Source of the DNA: Nostoc sp.
GTDB lineage: Bacteria > Cyanobacteriota > Cyanobacteriia > Cyanobacteriales > Nostocaceae
Direction: 5' to 3'
Assembly: GCA_036918135.1 (NCBI GenBank)
Contig: JBALDB010000002.1
Span: forward strand, 32,001 to 96,000
DNA: 64,000 nt
Part shown: positions 32,401 to 42,360 of the stretch, piece after piece
Numbering within the stretch: the first letter of the stretch is position 1
Layout: each line of letters opens with the position of its first letter
Position numbers and translations under genes: made by a program
The notes under the pieces: generated by a model
Database searches by the model: none
What the model saw: only the letters and a program-made list of their open reading frames with translations
Told to the model about the DNA's origin: nothing

Positions 32401-34254
32401 AAAGATACCATTTTAGGATTGCAGGGTAATGACACCCTCAAAGGACTAGGTAATAACGACACCCTCGATGGCGGCGATGGAAATGATTCCTTAGATGGTG
32501 GTGCAGGAGATGACAGTCTTATTGGTGGTAAAGGCAATGATACTTATATTATGGACAGCATTGGTGACACTATTACTGAATCCGCCAATGCAGGCACAGA
32601 TTTAGTCAAATCTTCTATAACTTGGGTGTTAGTAAATAACCTAGAAAACTTGACTCTGACTGGAACCGAGGTCATCAATGGTACTGGTAACAGCCTTAAT
32701 AACATCCTCACCGGAAATACTGCCGCTAACACATTGAATGGAGTTGATGGCGATGATAGCCTAATTGGTGGTGATGGGAATGATAGCCTGATTGGTGGTG
32801 CAGGCAATGACACCTTGGATGGAGGCGCAGGAGCAGATAGTCTCAATGGTGGAGCAGGCAATGACATTTACACTGTAGACAACCTCAATGATACGATCGC
32901 TGAAGGCTTAAATGCAGGTATCGATTTAGTCAAGTCTTCTGTTGGTTGGGCGTTGGTAGATAATCTAGAAAACTTGACGCTGACTGGAAGCTCGCCAATC
33001 AATGGTACTGGTAATAACCTTAATAACATCCTCACTGGAAACACTGGCGCTAATATCTTGAGTGGAGAAGCTGGCAACGATAGCCTGATTGGTAGCTCAG
33101 GTAATGACACCTTGTTCGGCAGTGCAGGCGATGACACCTTGGACGGAGGTACAGGAACTGATAGTCTCATCGGTGGAGTCGGTAACGACATTTACACCAT
33201 AGACAGCCTCAACGATACAATTACTGAAGGCTTAAATGCAGGTACAGATTTAGTCAATTCTTCAGTAAATTGGGTGTTGGGAGATAATTTGGAGAACTTG
33301 ACTCTGACTGGAGGCGGGGCAATCAATGGTACTGGTAACAGCCTTAATAACATCCTGACAGGAAATAATGCCGCTAACACTTTGAGTGGAGAAAATGGCA
33401 ACGATCGCCTCTTTGGTAGCTTAGGTAATGACAACTTAGATGGCGGCATAGGTGACGACATCTTAGATGGAGGTGTAGGGAATGACACCTTGAGTGGAGA
33501 AAATGGCAACGATAGCCTCTTTGGTAACTCAGGTAATGACAACTTAGATGGCGGTGCAGGTGATGACACCTTAGATGGAGGTGCAGGGAATGACACTCTT
33601 AATGGTGGAGTCGGCAATGACACTTACATCGTTGACAACCTCAACGATACGATCGCTGAAGGCTTAAATGCAGGCATAGATTTAGTCAACTCTTCGGTGA
33701 CTTTGGTGTTGGGAACTAACTTAGAGAATTTGACCCTAACTGGAAGCTCCGCAATCAATGGTACTGGTAACAGCGTTGATAATATTCTGATGGGAAATAC
33801 TGCTGCTAACACATTGAATGGAGTTGATGGCAACGATCGCCTTTTTGGTAGCTCTGGCAATGATATCTTGAATGGAGGCAGTGGTAACGATCTACTCTCT
33901 GGTGGAATTGGTAAAGATGTGGTGACTGGTGGGACTGGTCGAGATAGCTTTTACCTGACTGATACCCGCACTAAAGGCTATGATACTATTACTGATTTTA
34001 CTGTTGGAGATGATACTATCTTTATCTCTAAGGCAGAATTTGGACTAAGCCAAGCTCAGGATACGACACTAGATTCAAGCTTGTTCCGACTTGGGACTAG
34101 TGCGACAAGTGCAGGCGATCGCTTTATCTACGATCGAACTACGGGTAAATTATTCTTTGATAAAGATGGAGTTGGGGGTACAGCACAAGTTCAAATTGCC
34201 CAATTCTCTAATCAAGTAATGCTGACTAGTGCAAATATCATTGCGATCGCCTAA
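29422..34254 (+). CDS. Large secreted ELWxxDGT-repeat protein with a cadherin-like domain and RTX Ca-binding repeats
   Basis: 17 ELWKSxGT repeats with a 48-aa/144-bp period, a cadherin-like segment (SVNEN...PDYE...TTDQGG) and GGxGxD nonapeptides; ATG at 29422 chosen. Confidence 0.9.
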   Translation: MPTEEALINLVKDININGASSSPHNLTNVNGTLYFSATDRSGGIELWKSDGTQAGTVSVKDIFSGTGSSSPAYLTNVNGTLYFNATDSSGGTELWKSDGTEAGTIRVKDILSGKGDSKPKNLTNVNGTLYFVASDSSGGYELWKSDGTEAGTVRVKDIFSGILGSDPQNLTNVNGTLYFSATDNSGGTELWKSDGTEAGTVRVKDIVSGTGSSNPASLTNVNNTLYFVASDSSVDTELWKSNGTQAGTVRVKDIFSGAGSSNPVSLTNINGMLYFVASDSSGGTELWKSNGTEAGTVRVKDIVSGTGSSSPQNLTNINGTLYFTATDSSGGRELWKSDGTEAGTVRIKDIFSGTGSSYPEYLTNVNGMLYFRVIDSSGGYELWKSDGTEAGTVRVKDMSSSPAGSNLALAYLTNVNGTLYFSATDSIEDYELWKSDGTEAGTVRVKDIFSGTGSSNPIYLTNVNDTLYFRATDSSGGTELWKSDGTEAGTVRVKDIFSGTGSSLPQNLTNVNGILYFVASDISGGYELWKSDGTEAGTIRVKDIFSGTGNSNPAYLTNVNGTLYFAANDSIGGTELWKSDGTEAGTVRVKDIVPGTNSSNLAYLTNVNGTLYFRASDNSGGIELWKSDGTEAGTVRVKDIFSGTNSSLPQNLTNINGTLYFTATDSSGGTELWKSYGTEAGTVRVKDIFSGTGNSDPQNLTNVNGLLYFSAIDSSGGRELWKSNGTEAGTVRVKDIVSGTGNSDPQNLTNVNGTLYFTATDSSGGTELWKSDGTEVGTVRVKDIFSGTGNSDPQNLTNINGTLYFTATDGSGGTELWKSDGTEAGTVRVKDIYPGLPGSNPNNLTYVNGKLYFFADNGNTGQELFQLDLNSAPTDLSLCATSVNENVPANTVIGNISTVDPDANNTHTYTLVLGAGDTDNSAFTIVGNELRINSSPDYETKNSYNIRLRTTDQGGLFYEKEIAIAVNDINDAPPVANIANGTSRGNNLTGTENKDTILGLQGNDTLKGLGNNDTLDGGDGNDSLDGGAGDDSLIGGKGNDTYIMDSIGDTITESANAGTDLVKSSITWVLVNNLENLTLTGTEVINGTGNSLNNILTGNTAANTLNGVDGDDSLIGGDGNDSLIGGAGNDTLDGGAGADSLNGGAGNDIYTVDNLNDTIAEGLNAGIDLVKSSVGWALVDNLENLTLTGSSPINGTGNNLNNILTGNTGANILSGEAGNDSLIGSSGNDTLFGSAGDDTLDGGTGTDSLIGGVGNDIYTIDSLNDTITEGLNAGTDLVNSSVNWVLGDNLENLTLTGGGAINGTGNSLNNILTGNNAANTLSGENGNDRLFGSLGNDNLDGGIGDDILDGGVGNDTLSGENGNDSLFGNSGNDNLDGGAGDDTLDGGAGNDTLNGGVGNDTYIVDNLNDTIAEGLNAGIDLVNSSVTLVLGTNLENLTLTGSSAINGTGNSVDNILMGNTAANTLNGVDGNDRLFGSSGNDILNGGSGNDLLSGGIGKDVVTGGTGRDSFYLTDTRTKGYDTITDFTVGDDTIFISKAEFGLSQAQDTTLDSSLFRLGTSATSAGDRFIYDRTTGKLFFDKDGVGGTAQVQIAQFSNQVMLTSANIIAIA

Positions 34255-34303
34255 CTTTTCCCAGACTACAATCACACTAAAACCATTTCTGATCGAAACT
34301 GCC

Positions 34304-34756
34304 ATGTCTTCCTTAAAGGCACATTCCCAAACACTATATGGAATCGACTATTTGCAATGGATAGAAACAACTGTGGAAAAATTGCAAAGTCAAGACTACG
34401 TGAATGTGGATTGGCAGAACCTTATCGAAGAAATTGCCGACATCGGAAGGAGTGAACGCCGGAGTCTCAAAAGTAATTTGATTGTAATTCTAGTACATCT
34501 GCTCAAATGGCAATTCCAACCAGAAAAAAGAAGCGGTAGCTGGGAAGGGAGCATCATTGAACATCGTAGACGTCTCAAAGAAGCTCTAGATGATTCGCCC
34601 AGTCTCAAATCCTATCTTGAGAGCATCTTTGTAGAATGTTACGCACAAGCAGTTAAGCAAGCAAAAGCCGAAACTGGTTTTTCAATAGAATCCTTTCCTG
34701 TGAACTGTCCATATCAACTGTCACAAGTTACAAATGATGAGTTTTTACCTGAGTAA
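34304..34756 (+). CDS. DUF29 family protein
   Basis: LYxxDYLQW, DWQNLIEEI, HLLKWQFQ, SPSLK, FPVNCPY. Confidence 0.9.
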   Translation: MSSLKAHSQTLYGIDYLQWIETTVEKLQSQDYVNVDWQNLIEEIADIGRSERRSLKSNLIVILVHLLKWQFQPEKRSGSWEGSIIEHRRRLKEALDDSPSLKSYLESIFVECYAQAVKQAKAETGFSIESFPVNCPYQLSQVTNDEFLPE

Positions 34757-34825
34757 GCACTGAATCCAAATGCATGTTTTCGGTCTTGACTTTTACTTGT
34801 AATAGATGCATAATCGTAAACGCAA

Positions 34826-34942
34826 AAGAAGGGGAGTAGCTACTGGCAAAAAATTTCAAAGCCAGTACATCTGAATCAACATACTGGCGATGAGCCTGGT
34901 TCAGATGGCAAGTAATCAAATATTTGAAAGCGAGACCTTCAC
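34826..34942 (+). promoter_or_regulatory. yybP-ykoY (Mn2+) riboswitch
   Basis: GAAGGGGAGTAGC ... ATCAACATACT ... GCGAGACCTTC architecture upstream of a UPF0016 gene. Confidence 0.85.
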
Positions 34943-35032
34943 TAAGTTCACACGTAAAAGTGTAAGCTTGGTGAGGTTTTTGGTTCTCATCAAGCTTCAC
35001 ATTGGTAAACGATTCTTGAGGAGCTTGAGAGA

Positions 35033-35653
35033 GTGTTAACAGCTTTTACCGCAGGCTTATTATTAATAACAATTTCCGAACTAGGCGATAAAACGTTTTT
35101 TATTGCTGTGATTTTGGCAATGCATCACTCACGGCGGCTCGTATTTATAGGTGTGACAGCTGCTTTAGCGGCGATGACAGTTCTTTCAGTGGTATTTGGA
35201 CAAGCAGTATCTTTGTTGCCCAAAGCTTATATTCATTACGCTGAAATAGTTTTGTTTATCGCCTTTGGTATTAAGCTGTTGTACGACGCTAGCAAAATGT
35301 CCTCTGCTAGTTGTGATACAGAAGTTATTGAAGAGGCTAAAGCTGCGGTGGAAAAAGGAGATTTGCAGCTACCAAAGCAAAAAACTTCCTTAAGAATTTT
35401 AATCAAAGCCTTTGTGTTGACATTTATGGCAGAGTGGGGCGATCGCACCCAAATTGCTACCATTGCCTTAGCAGCTGGAAATAATGCAATTGGAGTAACC
35501 ACAGGTGCAATTTTAGGACACACCATTTGTGCAGCGATCGCTGTTATCGGTGGCAAAATGATCGCTGGTCGCATTTCTGAGCGTCAACTCACCATAACTG
35601 GCGGATGCCTGTTTCTCATCTTTGGTATCGCTACTGCCATAGAAGGAGTGTGA
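35033..35653 (+). CDS. TMEM165/GDT1 (UPF0016) Mn2+ exporter, Mnx-like
   Basis: Two ExGD(K/R)T motifs: SELGDKT and AEWGDRT. Confidence 0.92.
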   Translation: MLTAFTAGLLLITISELGDKTFFIAVILAMHHSRRLVFIGVTAALAAMTVLSVVFGQAVSLLPKAYIHYAEIVLFIAFGIKLLYDASKMSSASCDTEVIEEAKAAVEKGDLQLPKQKTSLRILIKAFVLTFMAEWGDRTQIATIALAAGNNAIGVTTGAILGHTICAAIAVIGGKMIAGRISERQLTITGGCLFLIFGIATAIEGV

Positions 35654-35811
35654 GAGGACTGGGAGATGAGGAGATGGGGGAGTGTGGGGAGAGAGGGGGG
35701 ATAGGGGAGTGTGGGGAGTGTGGGGAGAGACGGGAGTGTGGGGGGCAAGATTTCTTCTCCATCCTCCCACACCTCCCACACCTCCCACACTCCCTATTTG
35801 CCCAATGCCCA
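35654..35811. repeat. GGGAGTGTG / CCCACACCT short tandem repeats in inverted arrangement
   Basis: Lies between convergent genes; similar tract at 38098-38300. Confidence 0.8.
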
Positions 35812-36774
35812 TCACTTAAGTTTACTTTCGGAGGAAGGTGTACTAGATGCAGCCGGATTGGGAGTTAGAGGAGCAGTTGCGGCTTTGTTAATTTCGTCTC
35901 TGTATTGAGCGGGTGCTAAAGCTGCGGCACTATCAAATAAAGGCTTTGCTTCTGCATTTTTACCCTGTTGTTTTAGGAGCATCGCTTTGGCGACAACAGG
36001 GCGAAAATCCTTAGGATCTTTTTTAATTGCTTGGTCATAAGCAGAGGCAGCTTGGGCATAGCGTTTCTGAGAAGCGTGAACAGAACCTAACAGCACTTGC
36101 ACGGCCACTGTGTCGATGCTTCCAGGTTGATTTATATTTAGTTGAGCAGCGTTAGTGAGAGTTTCTTGTAACAAGCCAATAGCTGCTTCGGGGCGTTGTT
36201 GACTGAGCAACAGAGCTACCATTCCTTGCAAAGCTTTTAAATCACCAGGTTTCGTGTCTAAAACCGAGCGATAAGCTTGGGCGGCTCCTTCGCGATCGCC
36301 TATTTGCTGTTTAGCCTGAGCCAGCAGCACTGCGTATTCTGACTGTTCGGGATTGAGTTTAGCTAGCTTTTCTAGAGGTTCAATCACGACTTGAATATCA
36401 GATGTTTTAACCTCACTTTTTTCTTTTTGACTGAGTAATTGTAGCCGCGCCTCTAATAGACCTTTGAGCGCAGCCTGATTCTCTGGTTCCCTTTGCAAAA
36501 CCAGTTCATATCCCCGTACTTGGTCTTCCAGCTTTGATTTTTGGTCAGAGTCAGTCAAACTGCCTCTGGTGTTAGCGGTGTTTTGGCTGGAGAATGGCGT
36601 ATTATTAAACGCTCCAAATAAAGGAATCACCGAAACACCCACAAAAGCAAGAACTGCCAGCACCAAGATAACTTGAACTATCCAGCGATTGCGTGGTTGA
36701 GACACAGTTTTGTCTTTCTCCTGAACTCTAATGAGATTATCATTTACACAAATCGTAAAGTTAAAAATTTCCAA
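35812..36774 (-). CDS. Membrane-anchored TPR protein (start uncertain)
   Basis: N-terminal TM helix followed by TPR-like helices. Confidence 0.85.
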   Translation of the reverse strand: MEIFNFTICVNDNLIRVQEKDKTVSQPRNRWIVQVILVLAVLAFVGVSVIPLFGAFNNTPFSSQNTANTRGSLTDSDQKSKLEDQVRGYELVLQREPENQAALKGLLEARLQLLSQKEKSEVKTSDIQVVIEPLEKLAKLNPEQSEYAVLLAQAKQQIGDREGAAQAYRSVLDTKPGDLKALQGMVALLLSQQRPEAAIGLLQETLTNAAQLNINQPGSIDTVAVQVLLGSVHASQKRYAQAASAYDQAIKKDPKDFRPVVAKAMLLKQQGKNAEAKPLFDSAAALAPAQYRDEINKAATAPLTPNPAASSTPSSESKLK

Positions 36775-37056
36775 AACTTTGCGGAATACCGCTTATTGTC
36801 TGTGAATTTTATAACAATTAACTATCCACACTGCTAAAGTAAGTGATGACTTTAGGAGGAGCCGTCAGAATTGTACCTATGATATGCTTCCGAAACTAGC
36901 GTGTGAGCGCTAGATTAGACTTTTAGTGTTTACACACTAAATTTAGCGCCTTTAGGATTGTGTAGAGTACTTTAGTGCAATCTGAAAAGTAAATATACTT
37001 TTCTTACCCGCACAAACGCTCTTTCCAGCTGCCTTTGTAAAATCCCACAATGGGAT

Positions 37057-38097
37057 GTGTCTGTGCCCCAAGGAGTTTTCATGAATTCCGACCTGATGCC
37101 GTTGCCCGATTCCAATTCTTCTGCCTCTAACCAGGGACAAAATAACATAGAGGCAGCCGCTAATATTATTAATACAGCAGCCCAGTCTTCTAAAGTTGAA
37201 AATTCGCCTATTAATCCCAGCGAAACTGACTCAAATGGGAACTTAGTCAATCGACAGCAACCTATTCCGCCTCCCAGCGAGCCGATGCAATATCGAGCGA
37301 TCGGCTTAGTTCGGGGTCGCTATCATGCTAGCAGCGAACAATTTACTCAAGGTACGCTGCTGACCACAGATAGTGTAGAACTCAACGCTGTCCTTCTAGG
37401 ACGGATTATGAGCTTAGTCAAAAATCACCTGGACTTAGAGAAAGAACATTTGTGGGTAGTATATCCACGTACAAGACAAGAAAATGATACTTTGCACATC
37501 CAAATCGTTGGAGTTTGGGAGCCAGAAAACCTGGCTAAAAACTCAATCAATGAGGACGAGCCAGACTTGGAGTTAGAAGAGGTAGAAACCCCTGATGACG
37601 GCTTATCCGAAGACTCGGAACTCAATCAAATTGCCGTAATACCCTCATCAGAAATTGCAGATGGTGGTTTTTCTGTTCGTGGTGAGGTAGTATACCAATC
37701 TTTTGATGCTAAGAGCTTGGTAGTTAAAATTAAGCAAGCTCCACGCAAACCAACTGATAAACCCAAATATTTTAAGTTGAAATTGAGGGGTGTGCTAACC
37801 ACCAAAGCAGTGGGAAAATTTTGGGACTTCCAAGCCAAGCGAGAAGCTGATGTTTTAGTGGTAGAAAAAGCCGAGGCGATCGCTGATTTGCCCAAAAAAC
37901 GCAGACCACCATTCAAAGGTGGCCCTCGTGGTAGCGGTGGTGGTGGTAGAAAACCATTCCCACCCAGACGCAGTGGCGAAACCCCTCGTCCCATCAAGAA
38001 AGCAAGCGCAGGCGGCGATACCCCTGTAGTGTCAAAACCTATACCGAAAACACCTACTCCTAAGCCCATCAAGCGACCGAAACCACCCCAGGAGTAG
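37057..38097 (+). CDS. Hypothetical protein with a basic Pro/Lys-rich tail
   Basis: Long ORF with an ordered core (PMQYRAIGLVRGRY, LWVVYPRT). Confidence 0.8.
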   Translation: MSVPQGVFMNSDLMPLPDSNSSASNQGQNNIEAAANIINTAAQSSKVENSPINPSETDSNGNLVNRQQPIPPPSEPMQYRAIGLVRGRYHASSEQFTQGTLLTTDSVELNAVLLGRIMSLVKNHLDLEKEHLWVVYPRTRQENDTLHIQIVGVWEPENLAKNSINEDEPDLELEEVETPDDGLSEDSELNQIAVIPSSEIADGGFSVRGEVVYQSFDAKSLVVKIKQAPRKPTDKPKYFKLKLRGVLTTKAVGKFWDFQAKREADVLVVEKAEAIADLPKKRRPPFKGGPRGSGGGGRKPFPPRRSGETPRPIKKASAGGDTPVVSKPIPKTPTPKPIKRPKPPQE

Positions 38098-38300
38098 GAT
38101 GGGGAGATGAGGGGAGATGGGGAAGTGTGGGAAGAGAGGGAAGAAAAGCAGGTGTGGGAGGAAAAGGAGGTGTGGGAGGTGTGGGAGGATGGGGAAGAAA
38201 TCTTGCCCCCCTCACTCCCCGCACTCCCCCATTTCCTTATCTTCCCACACCTCCCACACTCCCTGCTTATCTAGTCCCCAATCCCCAGTTCCTGTCCCTA
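38098..38300. repeat. Short tandem repeat tract between convergent genes
   Basis: GGAGGTGTG / CCCACACCT repeats; shares GGGGxAAGAxxTCT with 35654-35811. Confidence 0.8.
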
Positions 38301-38303
38301 AGC

Positions 38304-39473
38304 TCAAAAATCAGTCCAACGATCTTGGGGTAGAAAAGAACGCTCCATCGGAATTGGAGAAACTGGTTGTGTAAGAGTAAACTTACCTGCTTCAATCCAT
38401 TGTTTTAACTCTTGGGCAACTTGCCTGGAAAAAAACAAACTCGCTAAGGGGGCAGAGCGTACTGCTTTGCCCTCGATAGTAATGCGTCCAGATTTGAGTT
38501 GGGCGTAACTCACTAAACCAAAGGTCGGACGGACGCGTCGGGGAATGGAAAAGTCTACTATTGGGGCTACTAAGTCTCGATCTTGCACCGCACACTGTTC
38601 AACTACTTGTTCGTTTAATACAGGGAGTGGTACACCAACGCCTAACATCAATGAAGGCCCGTAACTTTTGAAGTAGCAACCCCGCACCCAATGAGCATTC
38701 ATTTGCTTGGCATCGCCAATTAAAGCTAAAGTAGCGGCAGGCCCAATCGGTGTGCGATTAGCTAAACGCTTTTGTAAGGGAAAGTGCTGAGTGCCTTCCC
38801 AAGCGACATAGCCAACACCACCACCTAAAAAAATTCTTGTACCTATACCAATAAGTTGTAAATCAGGGTCGTTGAGTAAGGGGGAAATAGCACCGGGATT
38901 AGAGTAAACGGCATTCCCCAAACGCGGTTGTAAAGGCCCTAGATAAGTGAAAAGTGGGCGATCGCCACCATTCACACCAACAATAAAATTTTGATAAAGA
39001 TTACGCGGATTAAATAAATAAAACTGATTTATTGTTTCACTGGTTATTGTAGTTTCAAAGCTTGCTCTGGGATAACAATCTGTTACTTGTCCTTGCGCTC
39101 TGACGTGTATAGGTTTACCAGCTATTAAATCTTGGATGACATGACCGCCGCCGCGTTCTCGGACTTCTTCGCCATCCATCACTTCCACAGCACAACTGGC
39201 ACCCAAATATAAATCTACTGCCCCAAAACCAGAGTACGCCGGAACACCATCTAACCAGCAACGGCGAATTTTTATTGGAGGGTCAGTATGTCCAAGATTA
39301 ATAATTGCACCACTCGATTCCATAGGCTCAAAAGTACCGGTGGTAATGACATCAACTTCTTTAGCAACTTTAGTAACACCAATTTCTATTACTCGCGCTT
39401 TTAATTCTTCAGTTGTTAACACCACCGCACGTTGACGGCTAATTTTCTCATTAATTTCTGTAATTGTTCGCAT
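38304..39473 (-). CDS. Homocysteine biosynthesis protein (DUF39, aspartate-semialdehyde sulfurtransferase-like)
   Basis: MRTIxEINEKI, VDVITTGTF, TDCYPR, NPRNLYQN. Confidence 0.85.
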   Translation of the reverse strand: MRTITEINEKISRQRAVVLTTEELKARVIEIGVTKVAKEVDVITTGTFEPMESSGAIINLGHTDPPIKIRRCWLDGVPAYSGFGAVDLYLGASCAVEVMDGEEVRERGGGHVIQDLIAGKPIHVRAQGQVTDCYPRASFETTITSETINQFYLFNPRNLYQNFIVGVNGGDRPLFTYLGPLQPRLGNAVYSNPGAISPLLNDPDLQLIGIGTRIFLGGGVGYVAWEGTQHFPLQKRLANRTPIGPAATLALIGDAKQMNAHWVRGCYFKSYGPSLMLGVGVPLPVLNEQVVEQCAVQDRDLVAPIVDFSIPRRVRPTFGLVSYAQLKSGRITIEGKAVRSAPLASLFFSRQVAQELKQWIEAGKFTLTQPVSPIPMERSFLPQDRWTDF

Positions 39474-39571
39474 TTCATCAGTTTATAATTATACATTATA
39501 TTAGCTGTATTCTATTGACAGTTGTTTTTGCTATTGTTACATTTTAAACATTATCTACTTGAGTAAGAACA

Positions 39572-40438
39572 ATGAGTAATTCTGAATTAGCTAATATTGA
39601 GCTTTATAATACATTTTCAAATGTATCCTCTCCAGCAGAAGAGAAAAAATTATTTTCTTTAAAGGTAATTGAATATTTATTACTTGCAATTTTTGTTTCT
39701 TCTGTTATATTTATTAGTTTTTTCTCAAGTGAAAAAAAAGTTGTAATTTATGGAACGATATCTCTAACTCTTTTGTTTTTTTTGTTATTAATCAATAAAC
39801 AAGTCTTTCATAATTCTAAAAAATTGGCTAATAAGTTTGACCTAGCCAAGAAAGCTGAACTCTATACTTACCTATTGGCTAATAATAATTCTTGGAATAA
39901 AAATAGTCTGACTTTAGCTAGAGGAAAGGCTTTACAATACTGTCAAGACTTGATTGATGATTATAAAAAAGTTAGGATCGTATCAAGAAACCTTTATTAC
40001 AGTTTGCAAATAGCAACAGTTATCTTATCAGGAGTCACACCAATTTTAGTTCTGGTAGATAAATTAGAATCAGGACAACCTTGGCTGAAGTGGCTCCCTG
40101 TTCTTTGCCCAGCTCTTGCTTCTATACTCGCTAGTATAGTTACCTCTTTTCCATTTCAAAAGAATTCCATTGCTGCTAACACAGCCGTTGAATTGTTAGA
40201 AGCTGAGCAAGAGAAATTTATCTTGGGAGTAACTTTGCCTTATCGTTGCTACGATATGTCTGAGGAAATCCAACAGCAACAAAAAGCAAGTCAAGCATTA
40301 GAACACTTTATTGTTCAAGTGAATAACATTCATCTCAACCAAGTACAACAAACAGGTGAGACGCAACCAGAGAAGACAGAATCGACTTTATCTAACGAGT
40401 CAAGTAAAGAGACAACTAATCAAATACCAACCCGATGA
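39572..40438 (+). CDS. DUF4231/SLATT-like membrane protein
   Basis: Two N-terminal TMs plus a SLATT-like TM hairpin followed by AVELLEAEQEKF. Confidence 0.65.
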   Translation: MSNSELANIELYNTFSNVSSPAEEKKLFSLKVIEYLLLAIFVSSVIFISFFSSEKKVVIYGTISLTLLFFLLLINKQVFHNSKKLANKFDLAKKAELYTYLLANNNSWNKNSLTLARGKALQYCQDLIDDYKKVRIVSRNLYYSLQIATVILSGVTPILVLVDKLESGQPWLKWLPVLCPALASILASIVTSFPFQKNSIAANTAVELLEAEQEKFILGVTLPYRCYDMSEEIQQQQKASQALEHFIVQVNNIHLNQVQQTGETQPEKTESTLSNESSKETTNQIPTR

Positions 40439-40614
40439 ATTGATTGTGGTTAGTCATTGTCTGTCATGATTGTTGGAAACAAGATTGATTAAATTTGACT
40501 CGAAATGTTGAAATTCCTGACTTTTTAAAAATCGGGAATTTTATTATTTACAAATGATTGATTGCTATAAGTAGGTCAACATTGAAAAACGTAAGATAGA
40601 ATCTTTGCGATTAC

Positions 40615-40638
40615 TTCTCTACGAGACGCTCCGCGAAC
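40615..40638 (+). repeat. Free copy of the 21-nt SDR-like element
   Basis: TTCTCTACGAGACGCTCCGCGAAC, near-identical to the nested tRNA inserts. Confidence 0.75.
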
Positions 40639-40729
40639 GCTTCACTTTCGCCAGAAAATAGGAAATCAGCCTTTTCAAGTTGAGGGCGAGTTGTTTCACG
40701 CAATCAAACAGGAGTCAGATATGTATTAA

Positions 40730-41905
40730 TTATTCTTCTTTGGATAAAGCATCATCAATCGGTCGCTCTTTATCAATAGCTGAGGTTTCTGTTGTCCAGG
40801 GATCGTCTACTTCAGGATATTTAGAAACGATGACAAACTCAGTTTCTTGTTGATGATGTCCCCATTGGTCTAAAACATCTTTAATCAAAACTTCTTGCAC
40901 CCAAATTTTAGCAACAACGGTTAAAGGTAGTGCGAGAAATAATCCTAAAAAACCAAAAAAAGTAACGAAAAATAATTGGGAAATTAAGGTGACAGCTGGT
41001 AGTAATGAGACTTGATGCGCCATAACAATCGGCGTGATGAAATTACTCTCAGTCTGTTGAATAATAAAGTAGAGAATCAAAACAGCGATCGCTTTCCAGG
41101 GTTCGTCTAACAGAGCGATCGCCATTGCTGGTATTACACTCAGCGTCGGGCCGAGGTTGGGAATTAAGTTCAAAAATCCTGCCAAAACTCCTAAAGCAAG
41201 TGCTGCTTTGACATGCAAAATTGATAAACCAACTACACTCATTAATCCCACTACACCCATCGCAATCACAGCACCTGTTATCCACCCCCCCAAAGAAATT
41301 TCGCATTTGTTTAAAATCCCTTCCACTCGTCGCCGATAAAATGAAGGAAAAAGCCGCACAAAGACTTTGCGGTAGGCTACAGGGTTGGCTAATAACATTC
41401 CTGTTAAAACCAGCACTAATAAGACCTTGAGGACAACTTCTAAAGAGCTAGATACAAACGCGAAGGAGTTTCCTAATACGCGATTGACGAAGGGCTGGGC
41501 TTGTTGGATCAGGCTGTTAAGATCTGGAATGTAAGGAAGCAACTCACTAGGAATGCGGGTTCTGAGTGTGTCTAACCAACTATTAAAGCGTCCCAATCCT
41601 TGGGGAACCCGATAGGTGAGTTCTTGAAACTGCTGTGCAAAAGGTGGCACAATTAGCCAGAAAAAACCTACGATTCCGGCAAAAAAGATAGCGACTGACA
41701 ATAAAACGGCAAATCCCCGCTTCATACCTGAGCTTTGGAAGCGTTTCGCTAACCGATTTAAAGTGCTGGCTAAGACAACTGCGGCAAACATCAGTAAAAG
41801 TACTTCCCGAATTTGCCACAAAATGTATAAAGAAAGAAGGATGGCGATTAAACCGATCCATTGACCGAGCTTCACAGGCTGACTCCAACAGTTGGTGAGA
41901 TGCAA
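40730..41905 (-). CDS. AI-2E family transporter
   Basis: NLIPNLGP, QQTESNFITP, GFLGLFLALP. Confidence 0.9.
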   Translation of the reverse strand: MHLTNCWSQPVKLGQWIGLIAILLSLYILWQIREVLLLMFAAVVLASTLNRLAKRFQSSGMKRGFAVLLSVAIFFAGIVGFFWLIVPPFAQQFQELTYRVPQGLGRFNSWLDTLRTRIPSELLPYIPDLNSLIQQAQPFVNRVLGNSFAFVSSSLEVVLKVLLVLVLTGMLLANPVAYRKVFVRLFPSFYRRRVEGILNKCEISLGGWITGAVIAMGVVGLMSVVGLSILHVKAALALGVLAGFLNLIPNLGPTLSVIPAMAIALLDEPWKAIAVLILYFIIQQTESNFITPIVMAHQVSLLPAVTLISQLFFVTFFGFLGLFLALPLTVVAKIWVQEVLIKDVLDQWGHHQQETEFVIVSKYPEVDDPWTTETSAIDKERPIDDALSKEE

Positions 41906-41964
41906 TTTTATTGTAATTCAGTTAGGTTAGCTGATTTTTATCACTTATGCTTAGATAGTTGAAG

Positions 41965-42156
41965 TTAACTTTGTTTGTGTGTTTGGAATCGCCACAGTAG
42001 GGCGATCGCCACGATTGCGATCGGCAACAAAACTATAATTAAGGCATTAGTTGCTGTTACCGAAACTGATAAACTTGGAGCAACGTACTTAATTAATACC
42101 GATATCAAAGCTGAAAGTGCAAGTAATTTTAGAACAAATCCTAGCTGATTTTCCAT
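41965..42156 (-). CDS. Small two-TM hypothetical protein
   Basis: MENQLGFVLK..., two TM helices. Confidence 0.65.
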   Translation of the reverse strand: MENQLGFVLKLLALSALISVLIKYVAPSLSVSVTATNALIIVLLPIAIVAIALLWRFQTHKQS

Positions 42157-42360
42157 AATAACAGTAGGGTAATACACATTTTTATCGCTATAGAAAAATT
42201 TTGGTTACACTATCTATTTTCTAGAATAGAAGCTAATAAATACTATATAGATAAAAGTCTTTCTTACTCACATTTTTCCTAATAACTGCCACTATTACTA
42301 GCAGCCTAATCACTACTTAAGCATTTGTTGAATTAACTATATTCCATACAGGGGACATTC

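Noticed and set aside
29394..33860. Antisense ORFs and 144-bp periodicity as a CRISPR, DGR or second gene
   Set aside because: Explained by in-frame protein repeats on the + strand; no reverse transcriptase or template-repeat pair seen.
35513..35908. Low-complexity ORFs (also 341-637, 9716-9904, 38117-38374)
   Set aside because: Translations of STRR tandem repeats.
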